This document shows positions 35,543-45,161 of a stretch of 64,000 nt of DNA, in pieces. The stretch is taken from assembly GCA_937929885.1 (NCBI GenBank), contig CALFUQ010000077.1:5105-69104 (forward strand). Reading direction: 5' to 3'. The notes under the pieces are model-generated. The model ran no database searches and was not told where the DNA came from. It saw only the letters and a program-made list of their open reading frames with translations. The first letter of the stretch is position 1; each line of letters starts with the position of its first letter. Origin of the DNA: an uncultured Saprospiraceae bacterium. Its GTDB lineage: Bacteria > Bacteroidota > Bacteroidia > Chitinophagales > Saprospiraceae. The position numbers and the translations under genes were made by a program.

Positions 35543-38221
35543 CTAAAGCTTAATCGACTCAAAAGTTTTAAGTCCACAGCTAAGATAATCGTTGTAATTA
35601 TCGATCCCTTCTTCGAAACCTCTTGGTGGTGCCATAACTTCTTCATCAGGTGTCATCATGATATAGAGTGGCTGAGAGTTCTGTCCGAAATTAACTATCT
35701 GGAAGTCTGCCCACTTGTTACCTACGTTTCTAATTTTCTTATTTCTTGATTTAGAAACCATTGGTGTATCTAACTTCTTATCGTCATCTACATAAAGTGA
35801 GACTAACACAAAATCTTCACTTAATTTAGATCTTATCTCTGGATCTACCCAGATGAGATCTTCCGTCTTTCTACAGTTCACACAACCATGTCCTGTCATA
35901 TCTATGAGTACAGGCTTCTTTTGTTCTTTAGCATATGCTAATCCTTCATAGTAATCTTTGAAGCAATCAATGTTATTAGCGCATTTAGAGAATGAACCAT
36001 ACTTTGCTTTGATATCCTTATCTACATCTGGTGGAGGATTCCATAAATTATAATTAGTAGGAGGAGCGATTCCGCTCATTAGTCCTAATGCTTTATATCC
36101 TTGCGTATCGACGTTTTTTGTAAATCCTGTACAAAGGTATAAAGTCAAAATAAGTGACGCTACTGCAAAGCCTTTTCTTGGTAACGATAGTTTTTTGATT
36201 GGACTATCATGAGGGAATTTTATAAATCCAAATAGATACAATGTCATTAATGCTCCTATGATTACCCATAATGCCATGAAGACCTCATATTTTAAAATAC
36301 CCCAATGACTAGTTAGATCTGCCACCGATAAAAACTTAAGTGCCAATGCTAGCTCTAAAAACCCTAAGACTACTTTGACAGATGACATCCAACTACCCGA
36401 CTTAGGTAATGTGTTAAGCCAAGAAGGAAAAATTGCGAATAAGCCAAAAGGAATCGCTAAAGCTAAGGCAAAACCAGTCATCACTACAGCTGGGCCTACT
36501 TGATTGGAGGCGGCCTGCACTATGGCGGTACCGATTATAGGACCAGTACAAGAAAATGAAACTAGTGCTAAGGTAAATGCCATAAAAAATATTCCTATAA
36601 TTCCTCCTTTGTCTGCCATTCGATCTGACTTATTTGCCCATGAACTCGGAAGTTGTATTTCATAAAATCCAAAAAACGAAAATGCAAAAATTACGAAGAT
36701 GATAAAGAACAAAGTATTAGCTATCCAGTTAGTCGATAGTCTATTAAGTGCTTCTTCTCCGAATAATGCTGTGATAGCTAATCCCATCACCACATAGATC
36801 ACAACAATCGATGCTCCATAGATTAATCCATTAACCCATCCTTTACGCTTAGTATCTTTAGTAAAGAAACTTACTGTCAATGGTATCATCGGGAAAACGC
36901 ATGGAGTGAGCAGTGCTAACAAACCACCACCGAATCCAAAAATGAACATCCAGAAAATACTATTGTCTGTAGATTTAGAATCACCACAATCACCAATTGG
37001 TTCTTTGTAGGTATCTACTATTGTCGGTCTTATCTGGTCTATCTCGTTACCATTCAATGCTACTAAGGCGACATCATTATTCTGAGCCAAATCATCTTGA
37101 GTAAGAAATTTTCCTTCACTATCAAATGCAAAATCTAATGGTTGCGCCATTAAACACTTTGACTGATCACAAGCCATGAAGGTCAGATAACCCTTTAAAA
37201 TTTCATTTTTATTGAGCTTAATTTTTTGACTAATCTCATAACCTGATCCTGATTCATACTTGATTACATTTACATTATCAAATAATGGTTCTGGTGCTTC
37301 TTTCTTTTTTCCAATTTCTATTGCCTTACCTACTAACTCCGTGTTCTCAGACTCTATGATAATTTCTGTAGGTACTGGCCCTCCTTCTTCAGTGTAATGT
37401 GAATAAGTAGCCCAGCCCTCATCAATATTACTCTTAGCGGTAAATAAGTATAGGTCATCATCAGCCAACTTCGACAAAGAAACATCCCATTGCACATGAG
37501 CTTCTTTCTCTAGTTTAGTCCAGCTTTCAGAAGACTCTTCTAATGCGATATCTGGTTGGCTAGTTTCTTTTTCTTCTTTTTGACTCTGTACTAAATTTGT
37601 ATTCTCAGCTGCAGATTTTATTGCTATAACTTTTTTGGGCGTACTTACTTGAGCCACTTCCGTCTTTACTTCTTTTACAACTTCAGTTTTCTGTTCTGCG
37701 GATTTTATTTCCTTAGGTTCAGGTACTACTGATGTAGTCTCAGGTAATGATGCCTTACCCTTAAGATCAAATTCGAAATCTACTCCAGTCGGTGGCAAAC
37801 ACTTTGTATCATCACAAGCCATCGATTCTATATAACCGACCAACTTGAGATCATCTTTAACCTTAACCCTTTGTTTTATTACAAATGGCTCATCGTCTAG
37901 AAACTTTATTACTTCTACACCAAACATGGCATCCATACCTCTCTTCTGATGTCCAGACTCTTCGGCTTTACCTACTAACTCAAAACCTCCTTCGGTATCA
38001 TAGTTAATCGATGTAGGAACTGGCCCATCATCTGATGTATATTGAGAATAAATAGTCCAGCCTTTATCTACCGTTGCGGTGTAGATTAACTCGTACTCAC
38101 CGTCACTAATAGGATTAGAACTGAAGGACCATTTTACTGGTTCGAGAATTTGACTAAAGGCAGTCGCAGAAAATAACAGGAAAGAAAGTACTAATAGTTG
38201 TAGTCTAATTTGAGTCTGCAT
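35543..38221 (-). CDS. dsbD: DsbD-family protein-disulfide reductase with two tandem N-terminal alpha (DsbD_N-like) domains, CcdA-type TM core and C-terminal thioredoxin domain
   Basis: 892 aa with a signal peptide. Two paralogous ~130-aa domains end in MACDDTKCLPP and MACDQSKCLMAQP. The TM core has LTPCVFPMIPL and SFSCTGPIIG. The C-terminal thioredoxin has GHGCVNCRK. Confidence 0.85.
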   Translation of the reverse strand: MQTQIRLQLLVLSFLLFSATAFSQILEPVKWSFSSNPISDGEYELIYTATVDKGWTIYSQYTSDDGPVPTSINYDTEGGFELVGKAEESGHQKRGMDAMFGVEVIKFLDDEPFVIKQRVKVKDDLKLVGYIESMACDDTKCLPPTGVDFEFDLKGKASLPETTSVVPEPKEIKSAEQKTEVVKEVKTEVAQVSTPKKVIAIKSAAENTNLVQSQKEEKETSQPDIALEESSESWTKLEKEAHVQWDVSLSKLADDDLYLFTAKSNIDEGWATYSHYTEEGGPVPTEIIIESENTELVGKAIEIGKKKEAPEPLFDNVNVIKYESGSGYEISQKIKLNKNEILKGYLTFMACDQSKCLMAQPLDFAFDSEGKFLTQDDLAQNNDVALVALNGNEIDQIRPTIVDTYKEPIGDCGDSKSTDNSIFWMFIFGFGGGLLALLTPCVFPMIPLTVSFFTKDTKRKGWVNGLIYGASIVVIYVVMGLAITALFGEEALNRLSTNWIANTLFFIIFVIFAFSFFGFYEIQLPSSWANKSDRMADKGGIIGIFFMAFTLALVSFSCTGPIIGTAIVQAASNQVGPAVVMTGFALALAIPFGLFAIFPSWLNTLPKSGSWMSSVKVVLGFLELALALKFLSVADLTSHWGILKYEVFMALWVIIGALMTLYLFGFIKFPHDSPIKKLSLPRKGFAVASLILTLYLCTGFTKNVDTQGYKALGLMSGIAPPTNYNLWNPPPDVDKDIKAKYGSFSKCANNIDCFKDYYEGLAYAKEQKKPVLIDMTGHGCVNCRKTEDLIWVDPEIRSKLSEDFVLVSLYVDDDKKLDTPMVSKSRNKKIRNVGNKWADFQIVNFGQNSQPLYIMMTPDEEVMAPPRGFEEGIDNYNDYLSCGLKTFESIKL

Positions 38222-38234
38222 AGTGAAGAGGAGT

Positions 38235-38681
38235 TTATTCTATCTTGATATTAAATTCTATAGTTTTAGGAGGCAAGCACTTAGCACCATCACAGGTCAT
38301 GTACTCTAGTTCACCACTAATTGTTGCGCTCTCAGTTTTTAGTTCTACAACTTGTTCGAATTCTGCTTTGTCTTTAAATTTCACCACTTCCATTCCAAAC
38401 AGATCATCCATCTCTCTGATGGCTTTAGATTTTTCTTCTACCTCTCCTACAAGTTTGAAGGCTTCATTTTCCGTAAAGAAAAAACCAGTTGGAACTGGAC
38501 CATCTTCATCCATATGTTGGCTATAAACCACCCAATTCTTTTCTATATCTGCATTGAACTTTATTAAGTATTTAGATCCGCTTATATGCTCCGCTCCAAA
38601 TGACCAACTAACAGGATTGATTTGCGCCTGACTTAACACGCCAAAAAGGCAAATACAAAATGACAACAAAATCTTTTTCAT
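38235..38681 (-). CDS. Stand-alone DsbD N-terminal (alpha) domain protein
   Basis: 148 aa with a signal peptide. The whole length is paralogous to the two alpha domains of the downstream gene (PVSWSF..NWVVYSQ..DGPVPT..MTCDGAKCLPP). There is a 13-nt gap to the dsbD-like gene. Confidence 0.8.
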   Translation of the reverse strand: MKKILLSFCICLFGVLSQAQINPVSWSFGAEHISGSKYLIKFNADIEKNWVVYSQHMDEDGPVPTGFFFTENEAFKLVGEVEEKSKAIREMDDLFGMEVVKFKDKAEFEQVVELKTESATISGELEYMTCDGAKCLPPKTIEFNIKIE

Positions 38682-38702
38682 ATGTTTTTATATAAAGAAA
38701 CA

Positions 38703-38710
38703 CAAAGCTA
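38703..38710 (-). promoter_or_regulatory. -7 promoter box TAgcTTTG (minus strand)
   Basis: Plus-strand CAAAGCTA reads as TAGCTTTG on the minus strand, 22 nt upstream of ATG 38681. Confidence 0.4.
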
Positions 38711-38945
38711 TACCATCTACTTACCAGAACTAAACCTATGCTAACACATTAATAAATAATTAACTGCATTTAAGCTTTCATAACGATAGAAGGTTTTACA
38801 CAAGACATATTCTCCTCTTCTAACTATTTTATAGTAAGCTTATATTGTTTCCAATGTTGGCGCTGGGAAGAGTAATTAAAGCAAATGTTATATTAAAGAA
38901 ATCTTTAATGCGTCAAAAGTACTCAATATGCTAGTGAATAGGAAA

Positions 38946-39932
38946 CTAGAAGCCCGTAAACTGAAATTGGGTGAACCAGATTAAGATCATGGCTACTAAA
39001 TGAAGAGATTCTGCGAGAAATTTGTTTTTCAAATTAAGCAAAAACATCCCAAAAAATATAGATAAGGATGGTACTAGTATTAAGAAGTGATTTAATTCTA
39101 AGTTTTTCCAAAAGAACAACATAGGAAGCGTGAAGAGCAAAAACCAATAAAGGATATCAATTTTCTTCTGAGCAGCTACATTTTTCTTTTTTCGGTAATC
39201 ATTGTATTTGAAGAATGAAAACACAGCAAGCAAAACAAAGCCAACTACTACTGCAATCTGATAGTTACTAAATCCCTTGGTAAAATTAGCAACTGTAACA
39301 TTCTCTGATAGATAAGAAGACAGATAAGTGTCAATCACATCATACCACTGAAAATATGTACTGAATAAAAAATAAGGAACAACTCCTCCAATCAAATATT
39401 GAAATCTTTCCTTGGCTTTAAACGATCTTATGGTTACTAAACTGATATACCCCGCAATCAGAAACATCCAACATGGAAAATAAAACATGGAAGCAAGACC
39501 AATAAAAAAACTGATATTAAAAATCTGACCCGAACTGGCGAACTTGCTAGCACATAAGAATAAACTGTTCAAAGCGACCAATAGAAACAGAATAGAAATT
39601 AAGATTGGGTTTAATATTTGAAAAGATGGGAGTGCACTTACTAGCAACACAAAAGCGACACCTGGGAGTAAATTAGGTAACAAGGCAATCCTATTCTTAT
39701 TAACGATATAGTTAATAAAAGTAGCCTGAAAAAAAACTATTAAGATACCTATGATAGATTGTGTAAGAAGGAAATCATTTAAGGCAGAAAAAACCAAATG
39801 ATTTAGGTAACCATCTTCTGCATGCAATTCATATGATCGAGGACGAATTATAGAATATATCCTAACAATAGCTACGTAAGGTAGAAGCAAGATCGAATTG
39901 AAAAAAAGATTTTTTCTAAAAAACTCTAACAC
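38946..39932 (-). CDS. Polytopic membrane protein, unknown function
   Basis: 328 aa with ~9 hydrophobic helices and no catalytic motif I recognise. Confidence 0.55.
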   Translation of the reverse strand: MLEFFRKNLFFNSILLLPYVAIVRIYSIIRPRSYELHAEDGYLNHLVFSALNDFLLTQSIIGILIVFFQATFINYIVNKNRIALLPNLLPGVAFVLLVSALPSFQILNPILISILFLLVALNSLFLCASKFASSGQIFNISFFIGLASMFYFPCWMFLIAGYISLVTIRSFKAKERFQYLIGGVVPYFLFSTYFQWYDVIDTYLSSYLSENVTVANFTKGFSNYQIAVVVGFVLLAVFSFFKYNDYRKKKNVAAQKKIDILYWFLLFTLPMLFFWKNLELNHFLILVPSLSIFFGMFLLNLKNKFLAESLHLVAMILIWFTQFQFTGF

Positions 39933-40105
39933 TTAAATCTCAGGTTATTAATATGCTCGTAAGGTAGCTAATCTGGTGATAATGGAGGTTAAGATAATTA
40001 TCAAAATATGTCAGCTAGTACGTAACTAATCCTTATTTAAAATGTTTGATTGATAACACATTGAGTATCTTGCTAATCATATCTATCCTATGATGAATCT
40101 TTACC

Positions 40106-41086
40106 ATGAGTAAGTCCCTAGAAACCATAAAAGGGCCTATTAAAAAAGAATTAAAACAATTCGAATCTCACTTCAAAGAGTCTATGAAGAGTCAAGTAGC
40201 GCTGCTTGATAAAATCATGTACTATATCATACAGCGGAAGGGGAAACAAATCAGGCCGATGTTTGTGTTTCTATCTGCTAAGATGTTTAGTGATAATATC
40301 GATGAGAGTACCTTTACTGCCGCCTCTTTGATAGAAATCTTACATACCGCATCGCTAGTACATGATGATGTTGTAGATGACGCTCATCTGCGAAGGGGCT
40401 TTTTTTCAGTTAGTGCACTGTGGAAAAACAAAGTAGCTGTACTCGTAGGTGACCATCTCTTAGTAAGAGGTTTGACGTTGGCATTAGACAAGGATGAAAT
40501 ATATTCACTGAAAGCTATCACCAAAGCATTTAATGAAATTACTGAGGGCGAATTAATCCAAATCGAGAAAGCTAGAAAATTAGATATCAAAGAAGACATT
40601 TACTATGATATCATCAAGAAAAAAACGGCTTCTTTAATGGCAGCCGCTTGTAGCGCTGGAGCTTACTCCACTACTAAGGACAAAGAAATCAGTGAAAAAA
40701 TGTGGCAATTTGGTGAGAAGGTTGGTATAGCTTATCAAATTAGAGATGATCTTTTTGACTATGGAGAAGGTGGGAGTATCGGCAAACCAAAAGGTATAGA
40801 TATCAAAGAAAGAAAGATGACTCTACCACTCATCCATGTGCTTAACAAATCGGACCGAAAAACTAAACGCTTTATCATTAATACAGTGAAAAAGCACAAT
40901 AAAGATTCTGCAAAAGTGAATCAAGTAATCAAGATTGTAAAAGAAAACGGAGGACTAGACTATGCTGCAGGAGTTATGCAGAATTATAAAAACGAAGCTT
41001 TAAAATTGCTAGAACATTTCCCAGAAACACCAGCTAGAAACTCTCTAAGAGAACTAGTAAATTTTGCTATTGATCGCAAAACTTAA
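40106..41086 (+). CDS. Polyprenyl diphosphate synthase (trans-isoprenyl, IspB/long-chain type)
   Basis: 326 aa with the first DDxxD-type motif LVHDDVVDD and the second, IRDDLFDY. Confidence 0.88.
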   Translation: MSKSLETIKGPIKKELKQFESHFKESMKSQVALLDKIMYYIIQRKGKQIRPMFVFLSAKMFSDNIDESTFTAASLIEILHTASLVHDDVVDDAHLRRGFFSVSALWKNKVAVLVGDHLLVRGLTLALDKDEIYSLKAITKAFNEITEGELIQIEKARKLDIKEDIYYDIIKKKTASLMAAACSAGAYSTTKDKEISEKMWQFGEKVGIAYQIRDDLFDYGEGGSIGKPKGIDIKERKMTLPLIHVLNKSDRKTKRFIINTVKKHNKDSAKVNQVIKIVKENGGLDYAAGVMQNYKNEALKLLEHFPETPARNSLRELVNFAIDRKT

Positions 41087-41092
41087 AATTGA

Positions 41093-42409
41093 TTAGTCGT
41101 CTATCCTCTCTATTTTTGCACCTAATGCATTTAATCTCCCATCTATATTCTCGTAACCTCTATCAATCTGCTGAATATTGGAGATGATGCTCTCCCCTTC
41201 TGCTGAGAGTGCTGCAATTAGCAATGACACTCCTGCTCTAATATCTGGCGAGCTCATTTTTATTCCTTTTAGTTTTTGCTCATTATTAAGTCCGATAATC
41301 GTAGCTCTATGCGGGTCACACAAAATAATCTTAGCACCCATATCAATCAATTTATCCACAAAAAACAATCTACTCTCAAACATTTTTTGATGTATGAGTA
41401 CACTTCCTTTTGCTTGAGTAGCAACAACCAATAGTATGCTCATAAGGTCTGGCGTAAAGCCTGGCCAAGGCGCATCGTAAACCGTCATAATAGAACCATC
41501 TATAAAGCTCTGTATATCGTATGTATCCATTGCTGGCACTACCATGTCATCTCCTGATTGGCTAACAGTGATACCTATTTTCTCAAATACAGAAGGAATG
41601 ATTCCTAGGTCTGCTTTGTACGCATCTTTGATTTTGATTTCAGAATTAGTCATAGCTGCTAGACCTATAAAGCTACCAATCTCGATCATATCTGGCATAA
41701 CTCTATGAGAAGTACCACCTAATGATTCTACACCTTCAATGTGTAATCGATTAGAGCCTACTCCAGATATCTTAGCTCCCATAGAATTAAGCATCTTACA
41801 TAGCTGCTGTAAATATGGCTCGCATGCAGCATTGAATATTTCGGTTGTCCCTTTGGCTAACACTGCAGCCATCACAATATTCGCTGTACCTGTTACAGAG
41901 ATCTCATCCATTAAGATATAGGTTCCTTTAAGAGCAGAGCCTTCTAAAAAGTATTTATCTTCTCCTTCATCATATTCAAACTTTGCTCCCAGCTTGGTAA
42001 ATCCATGAAAGTGAGTATCGAGTCTTCTCCTTCCTATTTTGTCCCCACCAGGTTTAGGCAGGTATGCTTTTTTAAATCTTGCTAAAAGGGGCCCTAGCAA
42101 CATGACCGACCCTCTAATAGATCTTGCATTATCTTGATAAGTCTTTGATCCAAAATATTCTAAATCTACTTCATCAGCTTTAAACTTGTACTCGTTATCT
42201 CCAAGCTTGGTAACCTTGACCCCTAGGCCTTTAATCAAGGTGATAAGCTTATTTACATCAATGATATTAGGTACGTTACTGATAATTGTTTCTTCAGCAG
42301 TCAATAATGTTGCACATAAAATTTGTAGTGCTTCATTCTTTGCTCCTTGCGCTTGTATTGATCCGCTTAAGCTTGCTCCTCCTTGTACTCTGAATGCATT
42401 TCCTTTCAT
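41093..42409 (-). CDS. murA: UDP-N-acetylglucosamine 1-carboxyvinyltransferase
   Basis: 438 aa. It has GAKNEALQILCATLL, KPGGDKIGRRRLDTH, and the EPSP-synthase-like repeat architecture. Confidence 0.93.
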   Translation of the reverse strand: MKGNAFRVQGGASLSGSIQAQGAKNEALQILCATLLTAEETIISNVPNIIDVNKLITLIKGLGVKVTKLGDNEYKFKADEVDLEYFGSKTYQDNARSIRGSVMLLGPLLARFKKAYLPKPGGDKIGRRRLDTHFHGFTKLGAKFEYDEGEDKYFLEGSALKGTYILMDEISVTGTANIVMAAVLAKGTTEIFNAACEPYLQQLCKMLNSMGAKISGVGSNRLHIEGVESLGGTSHRVMPDMIEIGSFIGLAAMTNSEIKIKDAYKADLGIIPSVFEKIGITVSQSGDDMVVPAMDTYDIQSFIDGSIMTVYDAPWPGFTPDLMSILLVVATQAKGSVLIHQKMFESRLFFVDKLIDMGAKIILCDPHRATIIGLNNEQKLKGIKMSSPDIRAGVSLLIAALSAEGESIISNIQQIDRGYENIDGRLNALGAKIERIDD

Positions 42410-42465
42410 TTCAATTTTTACTTTCCTTGTTCTAAATTGGGTAATCTGACTATTATAATTAGTCT

Positions 42466-42503
42466 AAATAAAAAAGGGTCTAAAGTATTTCTACCTTAAA
42501 CCC
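42466..42503 (-). terminator. Probable minus-strand terminator after the DUF4290 gene
   Basis: 10-position stem GGGTCTAAAG/CCTTAAACCC (8 pairs, 2 mismatches) with an 8-nt loop. On the minus strand it is followed by TTTTTTATTT. Confidence 0.45.
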
Positions 42504-42529
42504 TCAAGTAATTTTTTATAGTTGTTTAT

Positions 42530-43189
42530 CTAACGTCTTCTTCTATGTCTATTATTGTTATTAGATCTGCCTTTGTGATTATTTCTTGAAGGCTTTCTTC
42601 TTTGTCTATTCATACTTTGACTTTTAGTATAGTCAATCGAAACATTTTCAGCTACTTCTAACTTACCTCCTGATAGCTCAGCCAAATCTTTTTTGATTAT
42701 TTCATCATTTACATAGTGCTCTCTATTCCATGTTTGATAAGCTAATTTCATATATGAAGCTATAACAGTTACAAACATACTTTTCTTCTCCTCATCTTCC
42801 ATCGCTATTGCTTTATCGATCATATCCTGGACGCTGTGACCGTAATGTCTCTTTCTACTTCGGCCTGAAGGATAAGTAAGCTGCTGTGGTTTTAATCTTC
42901 TCTCCGTTTCTTCTGGCACTTCCCCACTAGGAGTCTTTACATTAAGTTTATAGTCAGTGATCATAAATGCATGCCTCCAAAGTTTATCCTTATACTCTGC
43001 TAGATTTTTACTCTGAGGATTCATTTGCAACATAAGTGCTACCATTCTATTAGCCAACTTTTGTCTTTCTTCATCATCCTCGGTCTCAACTACATGAGCT
43101 AATAGGTTTTGGATATTTCTCCCATATTCCGCTATCGCAAGTTTGTTCCTTTGCGAATTGTACTCCATTTTATGCGCTTCTGCCGCCAT
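42530..43189 (-). CDS. DUF4290 domain-containing protein
   Basis: 219 aa. The N-terminus MEYNSQRNKLAIAEYGRNIQNL and the Arg/Asn-rich basic tail are typical of DUF4290. It is the usual neighbour of murA in Bacteroidota. Confidence 0.75.
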   Translation of the reverse strand: MAAEAHKMEYNSQRNKLAIAEYGRNIQNLLAHVVETEDDEERQKLANRMVALMLQMNPQSKNLAEYKDKLWRHAFMITDYKLNVKTPSGEVPEETERRLKPQQLTYPSGRSRKRHYGHSVQDMIDKAIAMEDEEKKSMFVTVIASYMKLAYQTWNREHYVNDEIIKKDLAELSGGKLEVAENVSIDYTKSQSMNRQRRKPSRNNHKGRSNNNNRHRRRR

Positions 43190-43258
43190 AATATTTAATT
43201 ATATAAGCCGCGAAATTAGATAAAAAATCGCGGAATAGATTGATTTATAGTGTTTTGG

Positions 43259-45097
43259 CTACTCTACTGTTACTGATTTTGCAAGATTTCTAGGTTGATC
43301 TACATTACAACCTCTCATAACAGCTATATGATACGATAATAACTGGAGTGGTATAACCGATAGGAGTGGTGTCAAAGGCTCCTCAGTAGAAGGGATTTCG
43401 ATACTGTAATCAGATATCTCTTTAATCTCATCATCTCCTTCGGTAATGATAGCGATTACCATCCCTTTCCTTGCTTTGACTTCTTGTATGTTACTTAATA
43501 TCTTCTCTCTAGCGCTCAAATTAGTCGCTATGATAATCACAGGCATGTAGATATCAATCAACGCAATAGGGCCATGCTTCATTTCTGCTGCTGGATATCC
43601 TTCCGCATGGATGTAAGAAATTTCTTTCAGCTTAAGTGCTCCTTCTAACGCTACTGGGAAATTATATCCTCTTCCTAGGTATAGCGCGTTAGCTGCATTC
43701 TTAATCTCACTCGCTATATACTTTAACTGCCCATCTGATTCTAATACTTTCTGCACTTTAGCTGGGATCGCATCCAGACCTACTAACAATTGCTTAAAGT
43801 ATTCTTTTGTAATGGTTCCTTTTAACTTCGCTAGATGCAATGCCATGATTGTTAGCACAGTAACCTGTCCGGTGAAAGCCTTTGTGGATGCCACTCCAAT
43901 CTCAGGACCTGCATGGATATAAGATCCGCAATCAGTTAATCTCGCAATTGAAGATCCTACTACATTTACAATTCCATAAATGAGTGCACCCTTCTCCTTT
44001 GCTAACTCTAGAGCAGCTAAGGTATCCGCTGTCTCACCAGATTGAGATAAAGCAATAACTACATCACCTTTACCAATAATAGGATTTCTATACCTAAACT
44101 CTGACGCATACTCTACCTCTACTGGTATACGAGCTAAGTCTTCTATCAAATACTCCCCAATCAATCCTGAATGCCATGATGTACCACAAGCAACAATTAT
44201 AATTTTGTTAGCATTAGATATCTCCTCTATGTGATCCATCATACCACCTAACTGCACCCATTCATTCTCGACATTAATCCGCCCTCTCATGCTTTCACAG
44301 ATAGTGGTTGGTTGCTGATGAATCTCTTTCATCATGAAGTGCTCATAGCCGCCTTTCTCTAGCTCCTCTAACTTTAAATCTATCTGGTGTACTTCTGACT
44401 CCATCAACTCATTATCCAAGTTTCTTATCGTGTAACCCTCACCTCTCTTGATTGTTACTACCTCTTCGTCTTTTAGATATACTACTTGATTTGTAAACTT
44501 GATAATTGGAGTTGCATCAGATCCTATGAAGTGCTCCCCATCTCCTATTCCCAATACCAAAGGGCTAGATTTTCTAGCTCCTACTAAAGTGTTTGGATCA
44601 TTTGTATCAAACACAACTATTGCATATGCCCCTACTACCTTTTGTAACGCTAATTGAACAGCGTCCTCTAGAGAGATGTCTCCTTTATTTTGGATTTCTT
44701 CTATCAGGTGAACTAGCACCTCAGTATCTGTTTCGCTCTTAAACTCATGGCCTAAATCTACAAGTGCTTTCTTGAGGGGAGCGTAATTTTCTATGATACC
44801 ATTGTGTACCAAAGCAAGCCTACCATCTCCAGAGAGATGTGGGTGAGCATTAATATCATCTGGTTTACCATGAGTAGCCCATCGAGTATGCCCGATTGCA
44901 AGCGAACCTTCCTTGTTAGAGCCGTTGACAAACTTTTCTAACTCGCTTACCTTTCCTTTCTTTTTATAACAATTGAGAGAGCCATCGAGAAGTGCTATTC
45001 CTGCACTATCATAACCACGGTATTCTAATCTTTTGAGCCCATCTATAATTATAGGATACGCATCTTGATCGCCAATGTAGGCTACTATTCCGCACAT
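43259..45097 (-). CDS. glmS: Glutamine--fructose-6-phosphate aminotransferase
   Basis: 612 aa with the MCGIVAY N-terminal nucleophile, two SIS domains and the C-terminal NLAKSVTVE. Confidence 0.95.
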   Translation of the reverse strand: MCGIVAYIGDQDAYPIIIDGLKRLEYRGYDSAGIALLDGSLNCYKKKGKVSELEKFVNGSNKEGSLAIGHTRWATHGKPDDINAHPHLSGDGRLALVHNGIIENYAPLKKALVDLGHEFKSETDTEVLVHLIEEIQNKGDISLEDAVQLALQKVVGAYAIVVFDTNDPNTLVGARKSSPLVLGIGDGEHFIGSDATPIIKFTNQVVYLKDEEVVTIKRGEGYTIRNLDNELMESEVHQIDLKLEELEKGGYEHFMMKEIHQQPTTICESMRGRINVENEWVQLGGMMDHIEEISNANKIIIVACGTSWHSGLIGEYLIEDLARIPVEVEYASEFRYRNPIIGKGDVVIALSQSGETADTLAALELAKEKGALIYGIVNVVGSSIARLTDCGSYIHAGPEIGVASTKAFTGQVTVLTIMALHLAKLKGTITKEYFKQLLVGLDAIPAKVQKVLESDGQLKYIASEIKNAANALYLGRGYNFPVALEGALKLKEISYIHAEGYPAAEMKHGPIALIDIYMPVIIIATNLSAREKILSNIQEVKARKGMVIAIITEGDDEIKEISDYSIEIPSTEEPLTPLLSVIPLQLLSYHIAVMRGCNVDQPRNLAKSVTVE

Positions 45098-45143
45098 TAA
45101 TCTTCAGTTTTATTAGATTTTAGTCTTCAGTTTTATTGGATAT
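45098..45143. repeat. Tandem 23-nt duplication abutting the glmS start codon
   Basis: 45098-45120 TAATCTTCAGTTTTATTAGATTT against 45121-45143 TAGTCTTCAGTTTTATTGGATAT. The 18-nt core at 45101-45118 / 45124-45141 matches 17/18. Confidence 0.75.
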
Positions 45144-45161
45144 TAAATAAACGGATAAGAG

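Noticed and set aside
43208-43233. Hairpin CCGCGA-14 nt-TCGCGG between glmS and the DUF4290 gene, considered as a terminator.
   Set aside because: The loop is large and no T-tract follows on the minus strand. The genes are probably co-transcribed. Noted only as a possible processing or structural element.
45098-45161. Possibility of a glmS ribozyme or riboswitch upstream of glmS.
   Set aside because: The spacer is only 64 nt and is mostly a tandem repeat, too short and lacking the conserved core. The glmS ribozyme is a Gram-positive feature.
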